From the NCBI GenBank assembly GCA_040905465.1, contig JBBDRK010000067.1, positions 1 through 64,000 of the forward strand: a stretch of DNA of 64,000 nucleotides, given 5' to 3'. The position numbers and the translations under genes were made by a program. The stretch's first letter is position 1; each line of letters opens with the position of its first letter. Positions 37,733 to 46,159 of the stretch are shown here, piece after piece. The notes beneath the pieces were generated by a model, which ran no database searches, was not told the origin of the DNA, and saw only the letters and a list, made by a program, of their open reading frames with translations. The DNA is from Trueperaceae bacterium. GTDB taxonomy: Bacteria > Deinococcota > Deinococci > Deinococcales > Trueperaceae.

Positions 37733-39361
37733 TTACGAACCATGCTCAACCACGCCGAAGAGTTTGTCTCGAGGCGTCAGCCTGATCTCTTCAGGCCACT
37801 CCAGCGGCACACCTCGCTGAACGAGGATGCTCTGCAACTTCTGTACCCGTCTCTCCGACGAATAAACCTCAGCCGGAGAGACATCGTGATCGAGGCAGTA
37901 CGCCGCCAAGACGCCGGCCGCCTCTCCTATGTTCCACTCCACAGGATGCAGGCGGTAGCAACCGTTCGTAATGTGGGTAGTGCCAATGCTTTTTCCCGCG
38001 GCCAAGAGGTTTTGGACGCGACACGGGATAAGGCTACCCAGGGGAATCTGGAAGGGCCAGTTACTGAGGTCGACGTAGTTGCGCTGGCCGCTACTGGGGT
38101 GAAGATCGATGCGGTAGGATCCGATGCCGACACTGTCGCTGAAGATCTCAGCACCCTTCGTCCCCTTGCGCGCCTCCACGCCCACGTGGTTCTCGGTCAC
38201 GGTGAACAAAGCCTTGATGCGTCGCCCTTCACGAACGTAAGGGTATTTGGTGAGGCCGTCATCCGTTCCGAGGATGTCTCCGCGCAGCCTCAGGCCGGGA
38301 TAACCTGTGCCGCCATCATGCCTTGGCGCTTCGCTCTGCATCCAGAACATCAGTGAGAGTGCCAGCTGTCGAGCGCCCCTGATGTGACGCTGGTTGTCCT
38401 CGGAACTCCCGCCAACAATCGGTCCCAGAGTATAGTCCAACTGCGGCCAGTTCACCATCACGATGTCACTTGGATAGAGTCCATCGGGGTAGTAGCGGCG
38501 GTAGAAGATCCGGCGGTAGTGCCAGAGATCGTTGGCGGCGGTAGCATCCGTGGGAGCTGCAAAAAGCCCACGTGTTTCCGGCTCGAGTGTCATTGGGTGG
38601 CTCGTCGTCCAGGAAAGCTGCTTCGCGGGCCAGTAGGAGGGCTGATAATCGCGCCAGAAGTCGTAATCCTCTGGTCGCTCTATCGTGTGGTCTTCCCCCG
38701 GGTGATAGGAGATGGCGAAACACCAGGAGACAGCCTGTTGATCGAACGGGTCGGCAGCGTCGGGTAGTGCAGAGGGCTCCCCCGTCTGGTCCTGACTCTC
38801 CGATCCAATGACGTGTTCGACGTCGGCCAGCGGCAGGAGGTCGCCCAGCTCGGTTGCGTCGAGCACGTAGGGCGCCGCTGCCACCGTCTCGGCCCCGCTA
38901 TGCAAGTTACTGAAGCGCACCGAAGTGATCCTGTCCCCCGATGTCTCGGCCGCGACGCTCTTGTGATTCATCAGGATGGTCAGTTTCCCAGTAGCGAGGA
39001 ACGGCGCGAGCATCTCCCCAATCACGGCCACCGCCACGTGCGGTTCATGGCACAGCGGGCTCACGTTGCCGGAACCCGGATTGAGGAGCTCTGTGCATCT
39101 CACGGTGGGGAGCAGAGGGTAGTTTCGACGGTAGTAATCGCGGATGCCATTGCGAAGCCGACGGTATGAAGAGGTACAACCTGTCTGCTCGATCCAATCG
39201 TGTTCGTCCGGTGGCACTGCCTGCGTCGTCAGTTGTCCTCCCAGCCAGTCGCACTCCTCGGTGAGGGTGACACTCTTACCGGCCTCCAGAACGGAGAGGG
39301 CGGCAGCAACGCCGCCCAGGCCGCCTCCGACAATCAGAACGTCGCATTTCACGTCAGTCAC
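37733..39361 (-). CDS. FAD-dependent oxidoreductase (FAD_oxidored/PF12831-like)
   Basis: GGGLGGVAAA, WLGGQLT.Q, DATELGDL, YVREGRR, IPLGSL, YRLHPVEWNIGEAAG; start GTG 39361 or TTG 39370. Confidence 0.88.
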   Translation of the reverse strand: MTDVKCDVLIVGGGLGGVAAALSVLEAGKSVTLTEECDWLGGQLTTQAVPPDEHDWIEQTGCTSSYRRLRNGIRDYYRRNYPLLPTVRCTELLNPGSGNVSPLCHEPHVAVAVIGEMLAPFLATGKLTILMNHKSVAAETSGDRITSVRFSNLHSGAETVAAAPYVLDATELGDLLPLADVEHVIGSESQDQTGEPSALPDAADPFDQQAVSWCFAISYHPGEDHTIERPEDYDFWRDYQPSYWPAKQLSWTTSHPMTLEPETRGLFAAPTDATAANDLWHYRRIFYRRYYPDGLYPSDIVMVNWPQLDYTLGPIVGGSSEDNQRHIRGARQLALSLMFWMQSEAPRHDGGTGYPGLRLRGDILGTDDGLTKYPYVREGRRIKALFTVTENHVGVEARKGTKGAEIFSDSVGIGSYRIDLHPSSGQRNYVDLSNWPFQIPLGSLIPCRVQNLLAAGKSIGTTHITNGCYRLHPVEWNIGEAAGVLAAYCLDHDVSPAEVYSSERRVQKLQSILVQRGVPLEWPEEIRLTPRDKLFGVVEHGS

Positions 39362-39596
39362 GAATGTCAACCTCTTTTATGCGATGGGCTCGGATAACTT
39401 GGCGTGGCATCGCAGGGAAGAGACTCTTGCCTGGCGTACCGCGGATGTTGCTCTCGGGCCAGCGACCGGCTGGTACCCTCGAATTGGACGAAGGTTCCCA
39501 GACGCATCGTGCGACTAGCCGACAGCTTCTGCCGCTACGCCAATCCGCTCGCTGTCGACTAATAGTCAGCACTCTGGACCTTTACCTTCCGCTCGG

Positions 39597-39639
39597 TGAT
39601 TATACGCATAATCATACTGATCGTTGCGGTCCTTGTCAA
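39597..39639 (-). promoter_or_regulatory. Promoter with LacI-type operator (oxidoreductase-permease-sialidase operon)
   Basis: TTGACA-17 bp-TATGAT overlapping TGATTATACGCATAATCA (39597-39614), which is the reverse complement of the 33118 site at 17/18 positions. Confidence 0.8.
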
Positions 39640-39806
39640 TGGAAAGTTTGTGCCGGCAAATATTGAAGTGTATATACACCTACATCGGCTCGTCTACAGT
39701 TCGGTCCACGCGCTTTGGCCTGCGGAACAGCGGACGCGAGCAACCAGCTACGTGTAGCTGGTTGACACCGGCGAGTCCGCTACCTCTAAGCCGGTTACAT
39801 TTGGAC

Positions 39807-41486
39807 ATGGCGAACCGAGAGAACGGCCTCAAACGGGCAATACCGGCGCTCTCCACGGCAATTTCGAACGCGCTGAACCGCGCACGGAACCTGGTCATTG
39901 ACCTGCTCCCCGGGGAGCGGCCCAGGTTGCTCGTTATCGAGCTGAGCGGCAGCTACCCGGCGCGTCGCCCCAAGCTCAAGCTGTTTTCGGTGGCGACGGT
40001 TATGGGGGCCAAACGCGAGCAGTCCCAGGAGGAGCTCGCCGATATCGTCTCCACGCTGATCGCTACTCCCTGGCTCGACGGCGTGGTCCTGCGCTTGGCC
40101 GAATTGCACGTCGACGTGGCCACCGCCTACGCTCTGCGGAGTCAGATAGAGCGCCTGAAAGCCGGCGGAAAGCGAGTGGTCGTTACCACCAGCGATCTCA
40201 ACACCGTCAGCTACTACCTGGCGAGCGCGGCCGACGAGATCGTGGCTCCCGAGGGGGCCATGCTCTGGGTTCACGGATCAGCCATCACCGCCACGTTCAT
40301 GGCTGATGCACTCGAGCGCTTCGGAGTGCGTTTCGAGAAGCTCGCCATCGACGAGTACAAGAATGCCGGTGATCAGCTCGCATTGTCCGAGATGAGCGAA
40401 CCGCAGCGGCGCCAGTACGACGCCCTCCTCGACAGTGTCGAGGCGAGCTATGTCGCCGCGGTCGGCTCGGGACGCGATCGCCCCGGCGAAGAGGTACTCG
40501 ATTGGATCGATCGCGGCGTTACCTCTGCCCAGAGTGCCTTCGATCTCGGGATGATCGACCGGGTCGCGTACGAGGACGAGTTCCTCAGTGAGAAGCACCA
40601 GCCCTACGCATCCGCCGCTCGCTTTCTGCCTGCGCGTACCCGCGCCGATGGTGGTGGCCGCGTGGCGGTGGTTTCGCTCGAAGGCAACATCGTGCCGGGC
40701 AAGTCACGGCGCTCACCGATACCGGTTCCGATTTTCGGTGAGAGGCTTGCCGGGAGCGAGACATTGGTCCGTGCGCTGCGTGCGGTGGGCCGCGATCCGA
40801 GCACCAAGGCGATCGTCTTTCACGTCGATTCGGGCGGAGGATCTGCTGTCGCCAGCGACCTCATCTGGCGCGAGGTGAAGCTGCTCGCCCAGCGCATGCC
40901 GGTCGTCGCCGTGATGGGCCAGTTGGCGGCCAGTGGCGGTTACTACGTACTGACCCATGCAACCCGCGTCCTGGCGGCGCCGGCTACCATCACCGGCTCC
41001 ATCGGCGTGCTGATGGCAAAGCTCGTGCTCGAGGAGTTCAACGCCCGCTACGGGCTGAACCCCGAGACGCTCAAGCGTGGTCGCTACGCCGGCATGCTGG
41101 GTAGTGCCCGCCCCTGGGACGATGCCGAGCGGGATCTGGTGGAGCGCAGCAATCGCGAGGTCTATCGGCGCTTCGTCGATAGAGTTGCCAGCGGCCGCAA
41201 CATGACGGTAGAGCGCGTCAACGAGATAGGTCGAGGCCGAATCTGGTCGGGGGCAAGCGCACTGGAGCTTGGCCTGGTTGACGAGATCGGCGACGTGCAC
41301 GTTGCAGTTGAGCGGGCCAAGGAGCTCGCCGGACTCGACCGCGAAGCACCGGTCTGGAACGTTCACGCACCGCAAAAACTGCTGCTGCCTGCCGACGGTG
41401 ACCCCCGGGTCGTCCTGCGCGCGTGGGCACCGCTACTGAGCGAGCCTGTGCTGCTGATGCACGAGGCCGCGCTCAACTTCGACTGA
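39807..41486 (+). CDS. sppA: Signal peptide peptidase SppA (protease IV, long form)
   Basis: YYLASAAD, EYKNA, VDSGGGS..AS, SGGYY, TITGSIGV, GRIWSG..A...GLVD. Confidence 0.9.
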   Translation: MANRENGLKRAIPALSTAISNALNRARNLVIDLLPGERPRLLVIELSGSYPARRPKLKLFSVATVMGAKREQSQEELADIVSTLIATPWLDGVVLRLAELHVDVATAYALRSQIERLKAGGKRVVVTTSDLNTVSYYLASAADEIVAPEGAMLWVHGSAITATFMADALERFGVRFEKLAIDEYKNAGDQLALSEMSEPQRRQYDALLDSVEASYVAAVGSGRDRPGEEVLDWIDRGVTSAQSAFDLGMIDRVAYEDEFLSEKHQPYASAARFLPARTRADGGGRVAVVSLEGNIVPGKSRRSPIPVPIFGERLAGSETLVRALRAVGRDPSTKAIVFHVDSGGGSAVASDLIWREVKLLAQRMPVVAVMGQLAASGGYYVLTHATRVLAAPATITGSIGVLMAKLVLEEFNARYGLNPETLKRGRYAGMLGSARPWDDAERDLVERSNREVYRRFVDRVASGRNMTVERVNEIGRGRIWSGASALELGLVDEIGDVHVAVERAKELAGLDREAPVWNVHAPQKLLLPADGDPRVVLRAWAPLLSEPVLLMHEAALNFD

Positions 41487-41653
41487 CAAGAGGTTGTCCA
41501 GTCGGAGAACGGGGAGGCGATATCGCGATTAGTTTAGTTGATGCCAATATTGGCCCACTCCGCGAACTAGGCCTCAGGCGGCTACTCCACAAGCCCTTCC
41601 GGCTCGGGTGGTTTAGCGGTTGCGACGGCTGTTCAGGTTACATGTCGAGCGCT

Positions 41654-42037
41654 TCAGCGGCCGGCCGGCTGAAACAGTTCGACAAGGTTTCCGGACGGGT
41701 CGACGAGCAGAATCTGTGAACCGCCCGGTCCGGTCACGACATCGTTGCGGAACTGCACGCCTGCGCTGCGCAACCGCGCCACCTCATTGGCAAGGTCATC
41801 GACGACGAGGTGAATACGGTTCCAGCCGCCGGGCCGGGGCCTCTCACCGTCGGGCATCGGTCGTCCTGCCGAACTGGTGGAGCCGCTTATCAGGAGCCGC
41901 AGCGAACCGAGCTTGACGTCCGCGAACGCCGGTGCCCGGTCGGATAGGAGCGTGAAGCCGAGGTGATTCGTGTACCACCTGACTGCAGCTTCGACATCGT
42001 CGACCATGTAACGGACATTGACGGTACCTTCGGACAT
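41654..42037 (-). CDS. VOC/glyoxalase family protein
   Basis: VRYMVDDV, PGGWNRIH, GPGG.QIL..DPSGN.VELF; GGAGG RBS. Confidence 0.9.
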   Translation of the reverse strand: MSEGTVNVRYMVDDVEAAVRWYTNHLGFTLLSDRAPAFADVKLGSLRLLISGSTSSAGRPMPDGERPRPGGWNRIHLVVDDLANEVARLRSAGVQFRNDVVTGPGGSQILLVDPSGNLVELFQPAGR

Positions 42038-42149
42038 GCTTTCCTCGCCTCCCTCGAATTCTGGACCTTACGGCTGGCCGTTTACCAGGCCGTTCGTTTC
42101 GAACCCATGTTTAGCTGTGGAGTAGACCCCGTATTGGAGAAAGTTGAAG

Positions 42150-42346
42150 CTATCCGGCCAACGGAATGTGATGACGGACTATAGATGCGCAGCTCGTCCT
42201 CGCGCAGATTGAACACCAGCTCGAATGTGCCGCTCGGGATTATCCTCTCCCGCTGGTGCTCACCGGCATAGTTCTTGTAGAGCCGGAAATCCTCCACTAA
42301 CTCAGCAAGGGGAGGGCCGGGGATGTATGAACGAAAAGAGCATCAT
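42150..42346 (-). pseudogene. AraC-family regulator (DUF6597-type N-terminus), frameshifted and internally deleted
   Basis: Extra T after ATG CTC TTT; restored reading MLFRSYIPGPPLAELVEDF.LY..Y.GEH.RERIIPSGTFELVFNL is joined directly to a HHIPLAG-stop tail; no HTH. Confidence 0.65.
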
Positions 42347-42407
42347 AATCAGCAACTTAGTCTATTCGGCCGTGGTGAATGCGGTAAAAGCTCGCTGCCG
42401 GAGATAC

Positions 42408-42450
42408 ACATATGTGCCTTGACAGGCATATGCCGCATGGGGTATATATG
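42408..42450 (+). promoter_or_regulatory. Promoter/operator region of ArsR-SRPBCC pair 1
   Basis: TTGACA at 42419 followed by imperfect dyad ATATGCC...GGTATAT. Confidence 0.5.
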
Positions 42451-42544
42451 GGGTCGAGGAGGATGCCAATGACGAGGTGAGGCGAGAACGACCGAGAGGC
42501 GAGCGAACGATGAGGGGAGTCACCTTTCAGGGAAGAGTTCGGGC

Positions 42545-42868
42545 ATGCACACCACAACTTTGAGCGTCCTAGCCGAACCGAATCGCCTGCGCATCGTCGA
42601 ACTCCTGCGCGACGGTCCCCTGACCGTGGGTGAGATCGCCGACCGGCTCGGCCTGCGCCAGCCCCAAACATCGAAGCACCTGAAGGTGCTTAGCGACAAC
42701 GGGATATTGGACGTGACGGTCGATGCCAACCGCCGGATCTACAAGCTCCGACCAGAACCCTTCCAAGCTCTGGATGCCTGGCTGCACTCCTTCCGACCGA
42801 CAATGGAAGAAAGACTCGACAATCTGGATGACTACTTGCGGGAACTGCAGAGCAAGGACAACCAGTAG
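42545..42868 (+). CDS. ArsR/SmtB family regulator
   Basis: LAEPNRLRIVELL..GP.TVGEIA....QPQ.SKHLKVL. Confidence 0.93.
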   Translation: MHTTTLSVLAEPNRLRIVELLRDGPLTVGEIADRLGLRQPQTSKHLKVLSDNGILDVTVDANRRIYKLRPEPFQALDAWLHSFRPTMEERLDNLDDYLRELQSKDNQ

Positions 42869-42898
42869 GAACGGGAACAAAGACAAGGAGAGTCACGA

Positions 42899-43414
42899 AT
42901 GCCCGACAGCAAAATGATTTCGAGAATAGAAAGCGATAAGGTTCTGGTGCTGGAGCGCGTTTTCGATGCGCCGCGTGAACTCGTGTTCAAGATGTTCAAG
43001 GAGCCCGAGCATCTCGTTCACTGGTGGGGTCCGAGAGGCTGGGAGCTGCCGGTTTGCAAAATGGATTTCCGGCCAGGCGGCGTTTGGCACTACTGCATGA
43101 AATGCGCCGATAAGGCGCAGGGCGAGTTCTACGGCATGGAGTCTTGGGGTAAAGCCGTATACGAGCAAATCGACGAGCCCGAGAAGATCGTCTACACCGA
43201 TTACTTCTGCGACGCGGAGGGCAAGGAAAACGACTCGATGCCGTCGACCGCGGTCACGATGGAGTTCATCGACCTTGGCGGTAAGACGAAGATCGTCAGC
43301 CGTTCCGAGTATGTTTCGGCCGAAGCCCTGAAGACTGTCATGGACATGGGCATGATGCAAGGCATCACCGAAACCTGGGACCGCCTGGAAGAGCGTCTGG
43401 ACGAGATCAAGTAA
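42899..43414 (+). CDS. SRPBCC (AHSA1/START-like) domain protein
   Basis: ERVFDAPRELVF, WWGP, DFRPGG.W, GM..G..ETWDRLEE. Confidence 0.92.
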   Translation: MPDSKMISRIESDKVLVLERVFDAPRELVFKMFKEPEHLVHWWGPRGWELPVCKMDFRPGGVWHYCMKCADKAQGEFYGMESWGKAVYEQIDEPEKIVYTDYFCDAEGKENDSMPSTAVTMEFIDLGGKTKIVSRSEYVSAEALKTVMDMGMMQGITETWDRLEERLDEIK

Positions 43415-43440
43415 GCAACATCGAGTAAGCAACATGGGAC

Positions 43441-43468
43441 GGCCGCCGGGCTTCGGGAGACGGCGGCC
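43441..43468. terminator. Hairpin between convergent genes
   Basis: ggccgccg...cggcggcc inverted repeat. Confidence 0.5.
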
Positions 43469-43522
43469 GACTCTTGTCCAGGCGTGAAGACCATGTTCCG
43501 ATCAGCGACACCTGCCGCTCGA

Positions 43523-44122
43523 TCAATTGAAGGCGATGCCGGCCGTGGTGGTTACGCTGCCCCGGTACAGGAAGGTGACCTGCCGTAGCGCTGCCACCTT
43601 GTCGAACGGCGTGATGGCCGCAATTGCGTCTTCAGGCACCACCACTCGGTAGTAGCGTAAGGCAGCCGAACCAGCCGTGTGCAGCACGCAAATATTGGCT
43701 ACCGTTCCCGCCACCACTACATCCGTCACACCCCACTGGCGCAGCACGTGATCGAGGGAGGTGCCGTAGAAGGCGTCATAGCGCAACTTCTTGATGCGCA
43801 TCTCGCCCTCATGCGGCGTCAGTTCGTCTACGACCTCGGCGCCCCAGGTTCCGGCTTTGGCGTGTTCCCCCCAGATGGCGAACTCCGGATCGTCATCTGT
43901 GTGCCAGTCCTGCGTGAAGACGATCCGCAGCCTTTCCTCACGGGCGGCGGTCAGCAGTGCCCGGACGGCCGGCAGGACGGTGTTGGCGTCCTCTGAGTAG
44001 AGAACGCCGTCGGGATGGGCGAAGTCGTTCTGCATATCGACAACGACGAGGGCCGTTGAACTCGGGTCGAGCGCAACACGATCCTCGCGCGGAATGTCGG
44101 GTACTTGGATGCCTTCTTGCAT
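43523..44122 (-). CDS. Isochorismatase family cysteine hydrolase (nicotinamidase-like)
   Basis: VVDMQNDF, DWH, H...GTWGA, K.RYDAFYGT, GTVANICV. Confidence 0.9.
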   Translation of the reverse strand: MQEGIQVPDIPREDRVALDPSSTALVVVDMQNDFAHPDGVLYSEDANTVLPAVRALLTAAREERLRIVFTQDWHTDDDPEFAIWGEHAKAGTWGAEVVDELTPHEGEMRIKKLRYDAFYGTSLDHVLRQWGVTDVVVAGTVANICVLHTAGSAALRYYRVVVPEDAIAAITPFDKVAALRQVTFLYRGSVTTTAGIAFN

Positions 44123-44202
44123 CGATCGTCCTCCTACTGTCCAGGGCGGGAGTTGTCACCGTGGCTGTGATCGTGCCACGCGCTTCTCTCGGCCGCCGCG
44201 TT

Positions 44203-44970
44203 TTACTCCGACTGTACTCCTGACTGACCGCTGTTCTCCGGCAGCTTCTCCCAGACCGACACGTGCTCGCGACTCTCGCTCGTGAACGGCTCCCGCTTCC
44301 AACTCGCCCAACGCTCACGCAACCTCATCCCGGCCAACTGGGCCATCAGGTCGAGCTCCGCCGGCCACACGTAACGGAAGGGTATCGAAAGGCGCTCGAT
44401 CCTTCCGTCGACGAGTTCGATGTGATGCGATGTCAGGCCCTGGTTCGCTACGTCATACTCGTCGAAGCCCCACCGCGTCTCGCTCGCGTGGAAAACACGG
44501 ATCGTCTCGCCGGGCGGAAGCCGTTGGAGCGCCGGGACGCCTACCTCGATGACGAAGCTTCCACCGGGCTCGAGGTGCGCCGCAACGTTTCGGAAACATT
44601 CGACCTGCGCAGCCTGCGTCGTCAGGTTCATGATCGTGTTGAAGACCAGGTAAGCGACGGAGAACGAACCGGGAACCGTGACCGTGGCGAAGTCGCCTAC
44701 CGTCACATCGATCGATTCGCCGCCGGGCTTGGCGCGCAGTCGCGCGGCCATCGCCGCTGAAATGTCGATGCCCTGCACCTGGACGCCCCGCTTCGCGAGC
44801 GGTAGGGCGATCCTGCCCGTGCCGATGCCGAGCTCGAGCGCGCGCCCGTTTCCGGCGAGTTCGGCGAGGAGATCGACGACCGGTTCGACTAGGTCAGGGT
44901 CGAACAACTCCTGAGCAGCCTCGTCGTACCTCTCGGCGACGTGTTCGTCGAAGTAACCGTCGTCGTGCAC
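44203..44970 (-). CDS. Class I SAM-dependent methyltransferase
   Basis: ALELGIGTGR, GIDIS, GD, YLVFNTI.NL, HLEPGG. Confidence 0.92.
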   Translation of the reverse strand: MHDDGYFDEHVAERYDEAAQELFDPDLVEPVVDLLAELAGNGRALELGIGTGRIALPLAKRGVQVQGIDISAAMAARLRAKPGGESIDVTVGDFATVTVPGSFSVAYLVFNTIMNLTTQAAQVECFRNVAAHLEPGGSFVIEVGVPALQRLPPGETIRVFHASETRWGFDEYDVANQGLTSHHIELVDGRIERLSIPFRYVWPAELDLMAQLAGMRLRERWASWKREPFTSESREHVSVWEKLPENSGQSGVQSE

Positions 44971-44979
44971 ACCAGGAGT

Positions 44980-45210
44980 CTAACGACTCAGCGAGGTTGC
45001 TTCCATTACGCGGATGAAGTTATCGGCGGATTCGCTCGCTTCGAGAAGCTCTTCCCAGTCGCGGTGCACCAGGTTCGCAAGCGACGCTTCGGTCTCACGC
45101 CCGTACGCCTCTTCCCATCTCTCGAGGTGCTCTCCCAAGTAGGCGTTGAGCCACTGTTTGACGGTGGGCGCGTCAGATCGACGAAGAGGGCGGAACTCGG
45201 TTGTTGTCAC
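44980..45210 (-). pseudogene. Short ORF, probably the truncated N-terminus of a GNAT-like protein
   Basis: Leaderless TGC-TAGATT 7 nt before GTG; FRPLRRSDAPTV start; ends abruptly inside the -10 of the next gene. Confidence 0.4.
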
Positions 45211-45239
45211 GAGCGTCAATCTAGCACCAGGACGTGACC

Positions 45240-45285
45240 TTGACACTGTTAACCAAAGCGTTTACAGTTAACGAGATGGTAAACA
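45240..45285 (+). promoter_or_regulatory. Leaderless promoter with tandem ArsR-type boxes
   Basis: TTGACA(45240)-17 bp-TACAGT-7 nt-ATG; TTAACCAAAGCGTTTAC and TTAACGAGATGGTAAAC. Confidence 0.7.
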
Positions 45286-45605
45286 ATACATCACTCGACC
45301 GCACCTTTGCTGCACTGTCGGATCCCACCCGGCGGGCGATTCTCGGTCGACTCGCCGATGGTGGCGCGACAGTCGGGGAGCTCGCCGAGCCCTTCGACAT
45401 GTCGCTTCCGGCCGTCTCGAAACACGTGCGTGTCTTGGAGGAGGCCGGCCTGCTGGCCAAGCGCCACGTCGGAAGGACCGTCCATTGCAGCCTCAACGGC
45501 GAGCCGATGAAAGAGGCCGCCGGCTGGCTCGAGCGGTATAGCGTCTTCTGGACGCTTACATTGAACCGGCTCGAGGACTTCTTGAGCAACGAGGAGGAAG
45601 CGTGA
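45276..45605 (+). CDS. ArsR/SmtB family regulator
   Basis: FAALSDPTRRAIL.RL, VGELAEPFDMSLPAVSKH..VLE.AGL. Confidence 0.93.
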   Translation: MVNNTSLDRTFAALSDPTRRAILGRLADGGATVGELAEPFDMSLPAVSKHVRVLEEAGLLAKRHVGRTVHCSLNGEPMKEAAGWLERYSVFWTLTLNRLEDFLSNEEEA

Positions 45606-46045
45606 CCAGTACCAAGGGAACAGATCTCAGCCTTCAGGTCGAGCGGGTCATCAGCGCGTCGCCGGAGCGGGCCTATCGTGCCTGGACGGACCCGCAGCGA
45701 ATGAAGAGTTGGTTCGCGCCAAGCGAGGAGATGGCGGTCGAGGCGGAGGTCGACCTTCGTGTGGGCGGGAAATATCGTGTGTCAATGGGTCCGTACGTTG
45801 TGCACGGCGTGTACCAGGAGGTGGCGCCGGCCCGGCGCCTGGTGTTCAGCTGGCAGTGGCGGGGCGAAACCCCGTCGAACGACATGCTCGTGACCGTCGA
45901 ATTCCTGGAGCATCCCACCGGAACGCGCGTACTGATTACGCATGACCGGCTCGCCGACGAAGACTCCCGCGAACAGCACACCAACGGCTGGACTGCCATG
46001 CTCTCGCGGCTCGAGAGCCTGAGCAAGACAAACGAACTGGATTAG
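45602..46045 (+). CDS. SRPBCC domain protein
   Basis: ERVI.ASPER.YRAWTDP, DLRVGG.Y, RLVFSW, H..GW. Confidence 0.9.
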   Translation: MTSTKGTDLSLQVERVISASPERAYRAWTDPQRMKSWFAPSEEMAVEAEVDLRVGGKYRVSMGPYVVHGVYQEVAPARRLVFSWQWRGETPSNDMLVTVEFLEHPTGTRVLITHDRLADEDSREQHTNGWTAMLSRLESLSKTNELD

Positions 46046-46159
46046 CTGGTCCACCGGTTAGGCCGGGAGCGTGGGGCTGGTCTGCCTCGACGGTCATGCC
46101 AACCGCGAGGCGGCGTACCGAATTAAGCGAGAGTCCTGACCGGCGCGACGAGCAGCTAC

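Noticed and set aside
41487..41653. Possible ncRNA or IS end between sppA and the VOC gene
   Set aside because: No recognisable family, terminal repeat or strong stem
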